Positions 33,541 through 48,125 of a stretch of 64,000 nt of DNA are shown piece after piece. Source of the DNA: Pavona decussata (Eukaryota); contig CDRNST010000093.1 in NCBI GenBank assembly GCA_977016875.1, positions 62,001 through 126,000 on the forward strand. The letters are read 5' to 3'. Under the pieces are notes generated by a model that was given only the letters and a program-made list of their open reading frames with translations, had not been told where the DNA came from and searched no databases. The first letter of the stretch is position 1. Each line of letters starts with the position of its first letter. Position numbers and translations under genes: made by a program.

Positions 33541-36500
33541 TCAAAGAAGGCTTATTGGAGATAAATTTAAATTGGAAGGTTTTGTTTTTATCGCACCATG
33601 ATTCTGCAACGTTCTTTTAAATATAAAGGGACCAAACTTCAATCCAAGGCTCTTCCCAGAGGCAGAAGGTGGATCAAATATGACTCGTTCGCGATTCTGT
33701 CCCAGGCCGTATATACTGCACTGCAGTCCCATTCTATAAATAACTTCGAATTCATGTCCCTTTATGGGCTTCAGATACGAGAATCCGAGAGAGCCTGGGG
33801 TCTGGGTGAATAGTAGAAGTCCGTTGTCTTCCGTAATGTTGACGATCACTTCCGGTATCCAACGAGAAACGATGGTGTATTCTCCAAGGTAGTGCTGTTT
33901 ATTTGGAACAATCTCAATCTATCAGGGAAAAGACAAGAACATGAAAACTCACCCTAGAAATGACCAGCTCTTGTTGGGGAATCAGGAGAACCTCGGTGAT
34001 GTTTTGGAAACGTCGTTGTTCTTGTTATTATTGTTATTGATAGAGACATTTGTTGTTGTTGTTGTTGTTGTTGTTGTTTTTGTTCATAGACGTTTGCTGT
34101 TGTTGTTTTATTTGCCTGCAATCATGCACAACAAACTCACAGGGAGGAATTTCACTGCGCAAATGTTTCGCTGTTGTTTTTGTTGTCGTTGTTGTTGATG
34201 TTGTTACTGCTGCTGCTGTTGTTGTTTTCGTCGTAGCCTTGTACTTGGTGTAGGGCAATGGATTTTTTTAAACAACAACCCTTAAAAGTACAGAAAGTAC
34301 AGACCCGCTTGTTATAAAGCAAAATACTATTTCTTCACTTTTGTTACATTTTTTCCTATAACTAAATCCGCACCATAACAGAGACCTTCAGAAACGTTGT
34401 TCAGTGTAGCAGCAAACGTTTTGTTACCTACAATGAGAACATTCATGTCATTCAGACTGAACAAAACGCCCTCGTTTTCTATAAGATTAAAATCGGTCTT
34501 CTCCCATACATTGACAATTGCTTCAGAAGCACAGCTTCCCAGTTTGGTCGCTTTAAATTAGCATCACAATATATTCTGCTCACATCCCTCAAAACTTCTT
34601 CTTTACCTGAAGTTGCTGCCGTAATAATACGGTGTCCATCACTTTTGCCAGTGTCTCTACGATGGAAAACGATGCTTGTCCACCGAATTCACGACCACTG
34701 ACAAGGACTACTGCACCTGCAAAATATTCGAGATGTACTAAAGATGAGGAATGAAATAAAGCAAGGGTTTACCGTGAGTCGTTTAGCTAAAAAATTAAAT
34801 GAAAATCCTTCTCCCCATTACTTGATCTCATAATTATTCCTAGTTAGTTATGCATTGATACTGTCACTCATTTCTTTGTTGTAAGCTATTTTACGTAATC
34901 TTTGTGAATTATGCCAGCTATACTATTCACAGAAATTTTAAATTCAAACACTGTTTTTCAAACTTCTTCGTAGCTGACGACGATTGGTGTTCCATCGAAA
35001 TATGTCGTATGAGTAAAAAATCTCGTGTTTTTTTTTAATTCCAACTTAACCTCTTTTGATAAGCAACAAAGAAGACCGAGAAAAACTGAAACAAGAAGCG
35101 TACACGTGTTTATGAATACAAAAACGGTGCATTATTAAAACAGTAGTTAAGGGATAATAAATGCTGATATCAACTAAAATAGACTTGAATATCGACACAG
35201 CAATCCCACATACCATGATTTGTGTCCCTGTCTGACTAGGGCTAAATTCTAAATGCCTGCAGAATACTAACCTAGTTTGAATTCTGGTACAAATGCAAAT
35301 CCAGAAGAGTATCCAGGAATGAACCCAGTTTTCATTATAATCGAATACGTTCCAACGTCTACGATTTCCCAGCCAGTGCCAAACACTGTTTTTCCATCTG
35401 GATACATAAAATCTACAAATAAAAATGACATGCAGCAAATTAAAACAATTTTTAAAATATGTATATAGGGAAGGGCATTTTTATCGGATAGTGAGACAAA
35501 ATAAGATTGAAAAAAAAAAACTTAAACGATTCAGTTTTTTCGACAGTCGGTTTAGCCCTCAGAATAGTCTTGAATTATTGTGCATGGAGACAATTTGTAC
35601 TAAAGCAGATTTTTTATTTTACTTTTTAATTTACTCATTTGTTTCAACTTTCTGTCCTTATTTTTTAGTTTACCTCTCCGAAACTGAGACAAAACTAAGA
35701 GATACAAAAAACTTTTAAAAAAAAAGTGAAAAGAAAACGTGGTAGCCTGCGTAGCAGTCGTTTCCGTTTCCTTCAAGCCAAGCGGGGCAAGCGCGCGAGG
35801 GCATTGGGCAAAATGGAGCAAAAAAAAAAAAATTAGGCGCGGGCGGAGGGGTGCTCCCCGCCCCTCCCCTCCTCCTGCTCCTACCTTTTTTGCTTTTTTT
35901 TGCCCAATGCCCTCGCGCGCTAACCTCGCTTGGCTTGAAGGAAACGGAAACGACTGCTACGCAGGCTAGAAACGTGGCTCCCATTTTCCCACCCAAATGC
36001 CGAAAAAGTGGGCCCAAGGTTTTATAGAATCGCTCATCTATCGTGCACAAACCTGGCTTCATTAGTTGCTGGATCAGCTCTTTCTTCAGTATTCTTGTCG
36101 GAGAACTACCAAATAAAAGTGTCATCAACTGTACAGAAAACAAACAAAAAAGTTTACGATAAAAGGATTTTAGTCGTATGTACCAAGAAAAATTTTTCCA
36201 CTCCTTTTGACGAGGTAGCGGACTGATTTTCCATTTAAAATAAAGGCTTGAATTGATTTTAAACGGCTTTAATTTCAATGTAGAGATTTGACAATAGACA
36301 TTTCTTTGTCTCTACGAGATATGTTCAAAAATGCATGCTAATGAGATGCATGAACTGTATGGTCGACATCACAAGGAGTCCCCTACCCTAAATTCTTACT
36401 AAAACATAAATAATTCTGTCAAATATGAAGTCTTACTAAAAGGACAAAAAGGTCTGTCTTGTGCAAAGAACCCAAATTCAGGGTTAGATGCATTTCTGGA

Positions 36501-37281
36501 CATAAGTGAGTTTTGCAGCGGGTCTATAGCAGAGAAAATAACATAACAGCAATTCTCAAACCTTGTACAGATCATTTGGTGTTGAGTAGGCCTGGATGCT
36601 AGGCCCTGCCCAGTCCCAGTCCACCAGAGGAGCTTCACGGTTGTCAAAGTAGCCAAGTGCTTTGTTGGAGGACATCCTGCAAAGGTGTTGAGTGTACAAA
36701 GTCAAGTTTACTCAATTAAGGGAACAAAAGCATTGGCAGTTTGGAGCATATAGCAATTTTGTAACTGCGCTCTATGCTGATAATGCAAATGGAAACCCTG
36801 GCATTTCCCAGGAAAATTCCTAGAAGTGCTCATTCTTACGTCTGCGTTGAATTAAACTGTGGCATAGAAAAGAGCTCTCAATATCTTAGATATATTTCTC
36901 AGTTCCATTCCTAGCCCTTCCCTGTAATATTTCCATGTACAAGAGTCCTGGTCTCACGATAGCAAGAACAAATCGTTAAGTACCTGTCAAGATTGAATCC
37001 TGTGTTTCTCATTCCTAGCGGCATCAGTATATTTCTCTGCACCCATCCCTCGTAGTCGCTGTTTGCAAACTTCTCGGCTAATACTCGCGAAAGTAAGGCA
37101 TAACCCAGGTTGCTGTAATATACAATAAAATGACGTTTATTAAAGTCTTGAAGGCTACCCATAAGAATTACCATCATTATTATTATCGTCATCATAACAA
37201 TTAACAACAACAACAACAACAACGTCGTCGACGTCTTCGTAATCAGCATTATTATCGTCACAATCGAATCATAATCATCAT

Positions 37282-37331
<50 letters not shown>

Positions 37332-40300
37332 CCATTATCATCATCCCCAATATCATTGCCTTTATTACAATCATCGCTATCGNNNNNNNNNNNNNNNNNN
37401 NNNNNNNNNNNNNNNNNNNNNNNNNNNNNNNNNNNNNNNNNNNNNNNNNNNNNNNNNNNNNNNNNNNNNNNNNNNNNNNNNNNNNNNNNNNNNNNNNNNN
37501 NNNNNNNNNNNNNNNNNNNNNNNNNNNNNNNNNNNNNNNNNNNNNNNNNNNNNNNNNNNNNNNNNNNNNNNNNNNNNNNNNNNNNNNNNNNNNNNNNNNN
37601 NNNNNNNNNNNNNNNNNNNNNNNNNNNNNNNNNNNNNNNNNNNNNNNNNNNNNNNNNNNNNNNNNNNNNNNNNNNNNNNNNNNNNNNNNNNNNNNNNNNN
37701 NNNNNNNNNNNNNNNNNNNNNNNNNNNNNNNNNNNNNNNNNNNNNNNNNNNNNNNNNNNNNNNNNNNNNNNNNNNNNNNNNNNNNNNNNNNNNNNNNNNN
37801 NNNNNNNNNNNNNNNNNNNNNNNNNNNNNNNNNNNNNNNNNNNNNNNNNNNNNNNATTATTCATTTAGTCGTTCATCTGTTTGTTCATTCAAATCGTGGA
37901 GTAAGAAGTTCCGTCTTACCTGTAGTGCGGTAGTTTTCCAGGAGGCGATTTCAGTTCCATATTTTTCAGTTGTTGAAGAACGTACGTGTTGTTAACAGGA
38001 CACAAGTGAGTTGTACTGTAGGAGTAAGCGGCACCACAAGGGACTTCACGGGGGAGGCCTGAAGTATGTGATAAAATTTGCCTGTTGGGGGTAGAGAAAG
38101 GCCATGAATATTTTAAGTATCATCCTATGGCTTGGGTTTAACAGAGAATATTCTGCATATATCAATGCGAGAATACCAGTGTTTTAGTGAGAAAAAAATT
38201 GTAGACTAGTGTGAACGAGCAATAAGAATAGGCCATTTCCGAGTTGCTGAGAACCACACTATGAAAGCGAGGCTAAGTGCAAAACTTTTAGTTTTGTTTG
38301 CATATGAATGAAAACTAATTTTCACAACTAAAACTTTGCAATTAGCCTCGCTTTCATAATGAGGTTCAAAGCAACTCGGGAATAGTTTAATAGGCTAGTT
38401 TCTGAAAAGCGTTGCTCCAAACCCCACTTAACGACGCTAATGAACAAAATGGCAACTTGTTCAAAATATAGATAATCTAAAGGGAAGCTCATTAGCATTT
38501 CGTCAACCCCTTTCCTGCAAACTTTGTAGCAGCTAAACTTTTCCTCAACACTCTTCGCCTTAGCTTTTTTCTGCGAGTTCTCACCTTATTGTTATTTTCT
38601 GTTGGTTAAAAGGGTTCCTGACTTGAAACCTTGGCTCGTATTGTTCTAAAGGATCGTCCAGACAGTCTATTCTACCAGATTCCAGAAGTTTAAATACAAA
38701 TAATACCTAGGTAAAATGAGCTCGTGTTAGTGAATGAGGCAAACAAGATAAGACAAAAAGTCGGCAATACAAGAAACGTTGGATCCCACGCACCAGCTTG
38801 AGCCAGCGATGCAGTGCTAGACTTGTGAGAGATCTTAATCAATCATACATGTATCATGGAAGAGAAAAAACAAGTTTATTGTACATGTACCGCAGCTATT
38901 GGCGATTCAAACCTAAGTCCGGCGAGATTTATACCGAAGAGTGACTGCTGGAGCAGTCAAAAAATCTTCAAATATTCTTGAAAATAAATAACTTTATGCG
39001 GTGATAAGAACACTACATTAAGAATCTTTGCAAAAAGGAAACAATGCTTGAAAAGTGACGGCTCGTAACTATCAGACGTTAAAGCTGTTACTACATAAGT
39101 TGTGAATTAGACTGAATATAACTTACTGTAAATATTTTGCTGATACTGGCGACACGAAATACGGTATCCTGGTTGGGAGGCTGTCCCTGGCGTTTCTTGT
39201 CTTTGAGTCCATAGCTTTGTCTCCATACAACTCTGTCTTGATAAACCACATTTCCCGCCATGCCTACCTGTAATAAGACCAAAAAAAAAAAAAAAAAAAA
39301 GAAAGAAAGAAAACGCACAGAATTAGATTTAAAATTTTCAGTCCTAGATCTATCATCACGATCTATTTTCTCACTACGTTTGGGCATGGCTGGTTTACCT
39401 TTGTCAAGAGTATAAATTTATTGTGGTCTATCGCGAATGTGCAAATCCGATTGGAATATCAGTAGAGTATTAATTAGAGAGAGGATCGTTTATTCAAAAA
39501 CCGAATCACAAGATGTCCAAACCTCTTTCCTTTGAGGTTCACAAAATTGGACGATGACGTAATATGACGTGAACATCACGTCATAAGCTCTTTTCAGCTC
39601 CCATCTTGGATGCACTATCTTACATTTTTCAATTTAGGATTAAGTGTGACCATTTGTATGGCAGCCATTGAACGATGCGTTTCCTAGTAATTTTGCCACA
39701 CGGAATGTTTGAATTAGAATGTTCTATCAATTTAAATCCGCAAATTAAGAGTCGTTTAGTGGGACTTGGAATACAGTGGAGCCTCAATTTAACGGAGTGC
39801 CAAGGGGCAAGGGAAATTAGTTCGTTATATCGAGGTTCTGTTCCATACATTTTAAAAGGCCAGCTGGAGAAGATCGTTCGTTATACCGAGGACCTTCTAA
39901 TTAAGAAGTTCGTTAAATCGAGGTTCCACTGAACCATACAACAGTTTAAGAAAGAGAAAACTATGTCACAACTGCCTCAGATAATCAACAAAGACTTCAA
40001 TCATTTTTACTTACGAGGCCATCGAGTCCTTGGAAGGAACTGAATATATACTTCGCTTGTGAAAGATACCGCTGTACTTGATCAGGCAGCAACCAAGGCG
40101 GGTCAGCCTTCTCCATCATGATAGGGCATGGTGACGATTTGAAAGACAAGTATTCCTGCAATAATTGTGATAAAACACAGAAAGCCAAGGATAATGTGGT
40201 CTTTAACTGAGTGTTAAAGAAATGATTCGCATTTGCCATACGTTTCCTCTTCTACACTCTGTTATTGGATAAAACAGAGCTCCCACCACTAATATTAAAA

Positions 40301-42824
40301 TTTTACGGGTGGCGCAGATTCTGCCTTGTTCTTTAAGTAGCTTCAAGAGAATTGAAGTTTTGGAAATGTAAGCGGGAGGGTATATAGAACGACAAAAACT
40401 GTTTCCTTTGAGGTTCACTGATGGCGTCATAAAACGTGGTAATTAACGACGATGTTTCCGTGCATTTCTCCAAAACCTCAGAGTGCGAAAGAAAGAATAA
40501 ATAAGTGAATGGCCATCGCAGTTTCGTGCGCAAGGCAACAATTTGTGATGACGCAATTAATCAAAACTAACTGCGATGATTACTTACTTATTCAATCTTT
40601 CATCCACAGTTCAAATATGTGGATTTCATATAATCTACTTCCATCACCTCACCTCTACGGGTATATAACAAATTCAGAAAATGACCAGCTCCCTGTTGGC
40701 TTGATATAGCTCAATTGGTAGAGCACTGCGCCGGCATCGCAGAGGTCACGGGTTCGAATCCCCTTCAAGCCTGATTTTTTTTTTTTTTTTTGACATTCAC
40801 TTACTCATTACTACGCTTGTAGGAACACACTAATTTATGGATCAAGTATACTTTTGTAATGTGTAAAGGAATATTTTCCAATACTGATTTACCTGATTCT
40901 TTAAAGGATCAACAGCAGGCTTCTATATAAAACGAATAAAATCGAGTTGTTAAAGAGGCAAAGTACTAAAGAGAGATGTAAATAAAAGCTGTCAATTAGA
41001 CATTACGACATGCATGGCCTGTTCTGCCGTCACAAATTGGCCTGCGAATTTGATCGCTGAGTTTGCCAGATCGCATTCTATGCAGGTTTCATGGTGCCGA
41101 GTTTGGAATACCGCAATCTGTAAAGAGCAAAAACTACCCTATCCACGAACCTCCACCTCAATAAGTTTGATCCCTCCCCAGTATGCGCTCTATTAACGAA
41201 TTCGGTATAATCGAACTGGTCCTACGTGCGGTAAAGTTTAGTTTTAGACACCTAACATGTCGTGTGCCAAATTACTCTGAACAACATTAATATTCAACAC
41301 GCCACGTTGAATGAAAAGCCGCTCTTAAACCTCAGAGACATCAGAGTTAGCGATTTTGCTAAGTTTGTTTTGCGGTATAATTCGACTGTGTAACCGTCAG
41401 GTCCAGAGGGCGTACTCTCAAACTGAGCTATAAACAAAGCTATTGTTCTCGGACAGGAAGCACACAGTCACGAAAAAGACGGTGGTTTCCGCTTGAACCT
41501 CCCATCTTCCACCCTTTATGATGGTTTCTTAATTGTAAATGCCACCCCTCTATCAGAAGTTAAACTAAGAAAAGCATTCAGACGACCCCGCTCTTCTTCA
41601 ACTATCTACTCAGGCGTCCTCTTTCTAGTAGAATAATAATGTCCTGTTTCAAATTTTTAAAGCCAATAAACTTTGTCTCTAAGGTTCATTACACAGGTGG
41701 TGTCTTTCGTAACCCTCGTACCCCTAAACAAGGTGGGTCCTTATCGAGTACACTTGTTACGACTTCCTAAAATGCAAACGTGAGGCGCTGAAGTAAAGGC
41801 TCAACTGTTCGCCTCACGCAAAGGTCTTACAAGGTCATTGTAGATGGGATGGCACAGCTTGAAAGGAAAAAAACCTGCCGACTGTGTAATTGATCTACTC
41901 CAAAATACGTGATGTTAAATCTAAACTCAATGCGTGCCTCAAATTCTATTATTAGAAGAATTCAAAAAAGAAACCACTATTCTTTGTAAGGTCCAAAACA
42001 AGTTTCAAAAATTACCATAAAGATTTCCCTTAATGTTAATTTTACAAAACCGAACGATATATTTTCCCTTTTATTCAAAGAATCGTTGTTTCTTTATAAG
42101 ATGTATTATAAAGTCTTCTTCCTTTTTAGGAATTCAAAAAAGTCGCTCATCAAAAGAAAGTTAAAATATAGAAAGCTTGGAAATGAAACGCTAAGAGGTC
42201 TATGGATAAATTCCTCAAATTTGGCCATTCATTCAGATGAGAGCTACCAACTGAGGAGCTGTGAATTGTTTAATGTGTTGTTTCAGGTGGTTCTAACTTT
42301 TCAGTCTGTGGATGTTATTGTGACATATGACCATTCCTATGAACTCCATTTAGCGGTACTTTGTCATAAATGAATGCTATTTGTTTTTCCAAAGTGCAAT
42401 TTCGAGATGAGATAATTTAAAAAAACAATAGAGGACCTTTGTAGCTAACCTGATTAGAAGCATCGTTCTTCTTTGTGATTTGCCATACGAAAAGGACAGT
42501 GACAACAAGAAGCCCCAGAGACACAACCACAAGAGCGAGCTTTAGCCGACCAATGGTCCTCGCCTCCCTGCTCGAGCAGACTTCTGGATAAGCGACGACA
42601 CCTCGCGATGCAACCGTCGATAGTTCATCACCGTGGCTAGTCATCAAGCTATCGAAACTGTGGCAGCTCCGATCTTCACTCGCGGTGTCTTTCTCGCTGT
42701 TTCTGAAAGAATCATTAAAGTGTGATAAACACCAAGATCCATTACAATACCACGAAATTTTAACCTACCCTTCCATGTATGTTAACTCCAAAGGGCTCCT
42801 GACTTACCCAAAAGACGGAAGCAT
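33541..42824 (-). CDS. Multi-exon, N-terminally membrane-anchored serine beta-lactamase/PBP-like protein (LACTBL1-like)
   Basis: Approximate exons with GT-AG ends: 42808-42824 (MLPSFG), 42450-42702 (TM helix LALVVVSLGLLVVTVLFVW), 40015-40156, 39127-39267 (FRVASISK, SxxK), 38585-38707, 37920-38081 (LSHTSGL...HYS), 36984-37112 (NLGYALL, completing YxN), 36562-36676, 36053-36128, 35272-35412 (KTG motif), 34607-34716 and 33541-33918. Phases were consistent at the junctions I checked. Confidence 0.85.
34010..34235. repeat. Degenerate (GTT)n simple repeat in an intron
   Basis: Direct reading. Confidence 0.85.
35743..35968. mobile_element. MITE with long TIRs and a ~9-bp target-site duplication
   Basis: tagcctgcgtagcagtcgtttccgtttccttcaagccaagcg ... 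cgcttggcttgaaggaaacggaaacgactgctacgcaggcta. Flanks are aaaacgtgg / gaaacgtgg. Confidence 0.9.
37170..37382. repeat. (CAT)n/(CAA)n simple repeats next to the gap
   Basis: Direct reading. Confidence 0.9.
37383..37855. other. Assembly gap (N run)
   Basis: Run of n characters. Confidence 1.
39772..39932. mobile_element. Tc1/mariner-type MITE
   Basis: tacagtggagcctcaatttaacg ... cgttaaatcgaggttccactg terminal inverted repeats. Confidence 0.7.
40683..40791 (+). mobile_element. tRNA-derived SINE
   Basis: A box tagctcaattggtagagc, B box gggttcgaatccc and a T-tract. The cloverleaf is imperfect. Confidence 0.75.
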
Positions 42825-42879
42825 TTTACATGGTTGTACGACCAGCTTAAAACTTCAACAGACTTTGGTAAAAATAACC

Positions 42880-43095
42880 CGGCGGCCGGTTGAAGCCAAC
42901 TCACGTGCGAATATATTTGAATAAAAATCTCTAACCTTAATCACGTTCTGTTAAGCACTCTTTTGTTTTGGGCACAAAGGAAAGAAAAAACCGGCCGGTT
43001 GAAGCCAACTCACGTGCGAATATATTTGCATAAAAATCTCTAACCTTAGTCACGTTCTGTTAAGCACTCTTTTGTTTTGGGCACAAAGGAAAGAA
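42880..43095 (+). repeat. ~109-bp near-perfect tandem duplication just upstream of the beta-lactamase-like gene
   Basis: cggccggttgaagccaactcacgtgcgaatatatttg...gggcacaaaggaaagaaa occurs twice. Confidence 0.9.
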
Positions 43096-44719
43096 ATATA
43101 ACATGTTCAATAATGAATTCGCTGCAACAAAAGGTCCAGGTCCTCTGTCGCACGCCGAAAACGAGACATCGTTTAACTTCGGCTCGCGATCCGTCTTTGG
43201 CTGTTTGATACAACCTATCCCAGGTACTGGCCTCCAGCACCGGCCGCACACCGGTTAAAAAAACGTTCCCCTGAACAGAAATCTCTCCATCGTGTTAATC
43301 GTTTTGGGAACTATTAATCTGGTTGATGAATTATCAGAGTACAAAAGTTGTTTGACCTCTAGAAATTTGCATAGGATTCAGTACACACATAGCACAGTAC
43401 AATCAACAAACTTTCGCAGCGGGACGGTTTAGGAATTTAGGCCTATTTTTTATATTTATATAAAAATCTCATCAGCAACATTTTTTTCTGTATCTGTTTT
43501 TTTTCGAGAACTTTGTAACTCAACTGCTTGTAGTGAACTCTAGAATAAATACAAGACATTCTCACAGGCTCAGTTACGTAACAGCTGGAGTAAGACCAAT
43601 TTATGCCTCTTACTTACCGAGTTCGAGGTCCGTACCGTAAGTTATGGCCCAAGCGCGAAGCGCGCGGGCCATAAATCAACGGAAAAAAACAAGGATCCGT
43701 AACTTACAGTACGGACCGAAAAAACGAGGTTAGTAAGATATTTATTATATCTCTGAGGTTAATCGGGCGCGCGGGAAAGGAAACTAGTTGAAGTTTAGCG
43801 CGCGGGCTGTACAGTGAAATACGGCCCGCAAAATTGACCAATCACACCGCGATAGTAGCTGAGAGATATAATAAAGTAAATTAAGAACGTCGTAGTTAAT
43901 ACACAGCTCAAGAAGTTGCGAAAAGAAAGGCTGAAAAAGTTAGGTTTGAACGGGAACGCGCACGTGACCCTACGATACCAGTGGAAGCAATGCCCCAACT
44001 AACTGAGCTACGGAGTTGACTGAAAGGATGGTGATAAACCTATATGGATATCATATTACGCCTTACAGGAAATTCTTTCTAACTTACTTAAAAGACGACT
44101 GCATCGTTAACGGTGTTAAATCCGCCAGATTAGAGCATCAACTGACAGACTTCAGCAAATGCCGAGCGGTTACTTACAAGCTTAAGCTCGCTGCGCGCGA
44201 AAACATTTGCATGACAATCTATATAACGCCACGATTAGTTTACAAACACCCGCTTTTGTTTTGAATCTTAACGTGTACCTTTATCACCGCGTCAAACTTG
44301 AATGCTCCGAAACAAAAGCCGAAGGTCAATGCCGTGGTGCGCTGGAAGCAAGATAATTCTCTTGATCTTTAAATACATGCAACACAAGAACATTGAACTT
44401 TAAAACAATAAATTTTCTTCGATTCGAATACTCAGATGTGTCAGACCTGTTCCTGGAAGAGACCCCCTCTGGTTCGACTCTTGTATGCGACCACCTAGCC
44501 TCCAGTAAGCGACCACTAAATCTTGGCATTTTGGGTGCTCGCTTAAGGGAGGCTCGACTGTATAGAAGTTAGAATACAATTTACAAAGAACAAACATAAT
44601 GAAAGAAGCTCTAAGACTTCTCTAAGCCTCTTTCAAACAAAAGTGAATGTTAAGAATGAGGCTAGAAAGTGACACAGGCATCATTCATATTTAAATCTTA
44701 GCAGTATGCAGGATATTTG

Positions 44720-44875
44720 TCCCGAGCATCCGAACTAGTAATCGGAAGGTCTTAGGTTCGACGCCTGATAAGAGCACTCGGATTTCTTTTTTTCGAGTAT
44801 GCCTGTGTCACTTTCTAGAATAATACATCATTCTCATTCATTCACCAGGCTGGAAATATACCATCACATTTATTT
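44720..44875 (+). mobile_element. tRNA-derived SINE, second family (partial)
   Basis: gagcatccgaactagtaatcggaaggtcttaggttcgac...gcctgtgtcact. A reverse copy lies at ~48126-48290. Confidence 0.65.
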
Positions 44876-47800
44876 CAAAAGCGAATGTTGTTTCACGATC
44901 CGATAAAGTTACGTCGCTGACAGAGGCAAACCGGGTGAAACGATTGGTAACATGTCTGGAATTGCGACACCAGACACCAAGCGAAGTTTGTGGTCAGGCT
45001 AGAACGGATACCAAACTTTAAAATTACCACGTCTCGGATATAAAAGTTAGAATACAACTATATAGATTACAAAGAACAAACACAATCAAAGAATCTCTAA
45101 TCCTCTTTGAAACGAAAGTGAATGTTGAACACACTAATCGCTGGTTCTATCAGGCCCGGGGGTAGGTACAACGCTATATAAGCTATATCGGTATGTGCGA
45201 CCCCAAAGGGTATGGTTTTTGAGCCGACTGGGTCTGAAGTCAGGTATAGAATTTAACCATTGTGGTCTGAAAACTTTGAAAACGGGTATGGATTTTCTAA
45301 AAACGAGTATGGATTCTAGAAACCAGCTCTGAAAAAGGGTATAAATTAAAGAGGACAGGTCTGAAAAAGGTGGAGCACCGGGAAACACACCCCCACCAAA
45401 ATTCCGAGGAGCACCCCCCTCCCCTCCCCTCGGCAAATCAGGCGAAACACTTGAATCAAAAGGAAGCGAATCTTAAGAGCAGACTTCACCGATGTTATTA
45501 AGTATACTTTATAATTAACAAATATTACAGAAGTTCTTTTAAACAAAAGCGAACGGGAAACACCCAACGCTCATTTTATCAGGCAAAGCCGTCACCCGCC
45601 GATAAGAACCTGATCTTGTGAAAAAAAGGAACTGCTTATAACAAAATGTTCAGAGCGAAACTGTTCGACTAAATTGCGGTATTAATTTATCAACATAAGA
45701 ATGAACAATCAGTCTTCTACGTAAAAACAAAGACGAAACACACTGTATTATTTTTGCACATGATGGCATTGTGTTCCCGGTGTGATCCTTAGATAGGGTA
45801 CCTAAAAGTTGTATCAGCATAACTCTTTCACAGTAGTGAACAAACTTCTCTGAACGATGTTCCATGGTTATGATGGCATATTATTAAACTACGCTTACTC
45901 TAGTATTCTATGCTTAATGCTTACAGATTAAGTGTCCGTATTATAGAGGTGTCCGTTTTAGAGAGGTAGGCTTTATATGGATTTCAGTCTCTCAGGGACC
46001 AAGTGAACTGTCCGTAATAGAGAGGTGTCCGTATTATAGGTGTCTGTAAGGAGAGGTTCCACTGTACCCTATTTAAGGAACGAGACTCTCAAAAACCATA
46101 CCCTATCGGGCGCCACATACCTATCTAGCCCATATATGGGAGTACCCCCCTCGCCCTAGGGATCACGTTTGCAGCTCGCGGTAAAAACTCTTAAACCCGT
46201 AAAATTCTCTAAAGCTGTGATTACGATCCCATTGTAAGACCTGCTTGGGCGGTCAGTGTTCGGCATGGCAAGAGCTAATGTAAAAACGTATATATCTGAC
46301 ATAGTGATTCAATCTTGGCTGTAAGCTCCTGATTCCTTCGTTGGAGGAAAAGTTATGACTAGTCGATAAAAGTTTAAAAAGTTAGGTCAAACCTTTTTGT
46401 CCTTTAAAGGAGTGGTAAAAGGCTGGTAATGAAGCCTAAGGCGAAACGGCGATCGTTCATTATGTGCAGACTTCGAGGATGAGCTTTTTTGTCGATTGCT
46501 CAGATCATCCCACACTCGATGGATTTCCACATACTAATTTGGGTGTATTTCATGTCTAGTCACGTTGTTTTATTGTCGTTTCATTTGTTCGCTACAGTTG
46601 CGGGTTATGCTCTGCTACACAGGAGTTTCATTCTCGTATGCTCTCACCAATATACACAAAACCAATGTGGACAAAAGGAATATTATTTGGTAAGATATAG
46701 AAATTTTTCAACAAACTCTTACATTAGACTAGCCCGTTCCGTGCGTTCTATCCCTATGCAAGTGTTACTTGCACACTAGTTAATCATTAACTGTTTATGT
46801 TTACGTTCATAGTTAAACTTTTTAAGAGGCGTTAGTTTTTCTCATTGTAACTCAAGCCCTGAAGAAGACTAGTTGTACTAGTTGGCCCAAATAAATAAGC
46901 CCTTTGCCGCAGTGTCGGCCCTAGCAATCAGTTTAGTTTATTTACACGTAAAGTGACGTCTGGCACGTGCATTTCTACCACACGAGATCCGGCAACGTAG
47001 CGCCGGTATTCAGAACAGTTTATTTTGCGTCGTCTGGTCCCCTGCATCCAAAAGTTTCGTAGTTACTTTAGCGACCTACGTCACGTCACGTGGGGAGGAA
47101 TGCGTGACGTGACAAGCCAAAGAACGTCTGCGTAGGACGCTAGTGTTACTTAAAATGAAATCGAGATTTTCTTGTATGAAAACATGAGGCCTTAGCCTAT
47201 GGTAAAGCACAATGAAAAAGCACGTGCGCGTACAGATTTATAAACCCCCTCCCCCTCGTCAAAAATGCAGAAAATAGTGCCACTCCTCCCCACCCCTTAA
47301 TTCGAATGAAAGCGTCTGGTCATTGTTATGGCATTTTTTAAGAGTCCAAGGTGTTGCGCGTGCGCAGCCTCTCCAGGCCAAAGATACCTTTCGCTGCTTA
47401 GCAACCATTCACTTTTAATTTTAATTTCTTGTCAAATGATCACTATCTAGCACTGTAGTTTCTCACTGCCAAGTTTAATTACCGCTTGAAATCATTCAAT
47501 TGTAGTTCAGATAAGACAAAAGAGAGATTCAGAATAACTTTTACACGTCAAAGGAGAACGGTAGAGAGTCACGTGATCATAATTTTTCTACCATTTTCTA
47601 TGTTTGCTGGCTGTCGTTTGCGTTTTTAGAGCAAGATAGATCCAGCCGGCCTAACAGTCGTTTCCGGCCTACCAAGCGAGCGCGAAAAGCCAACGATACT
47701 TGCGGATGACACTTTTTTCTCCTTCCTCTCCACGTGAAGAGAAGGAAACCTGCAACCTCGTTCCCATGGCTCTGGGAACGAGGTTGCTTCTCCGGACTTC

Positions 47801-48125
47801 TCGCGCTCGCTTGGTAAGGGAAGCGGCTTCGCAAACTAGATAGATCAAGCTTTTTTCTTTTTTAATTATTTTGCCACACAAAGAAATTACAAACAAGACA
47901 CAATAAAATCATTGAAATTAAGTTACAAAGAAAAAAGTGGCAAGGAGACCGAAAAGAAAGTAGAAAGCTCATGCGTGAATCGGCCTCTCCAATTAAACTA
48001 AGTTGACTATACAAATAATTCAGTTAGTTACATGGCGTAAGGACGTGAAATAGATCAAAGATTACAGAGAGAATTTTTCGTATTACACAACAAACGAGGG
48101 TTGGAGAATGGTGTGTTATTCAGTG

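Noticed and set aside
36911-37868. Long ORFs with poly-Asp or X runs (also 16600-16851)
   Set aside because: These are artefacts of N gaps and (CAT)n repeats. Only the NLGYALL...GFNLD exon is real.
40700-40775. Functional tRNA gene
   Set aside because: The A and B boxes are present, but the acceptor and anticodon stems pair poorly. It sits in a longer repeat with a T-tract, consistent with a SINE.
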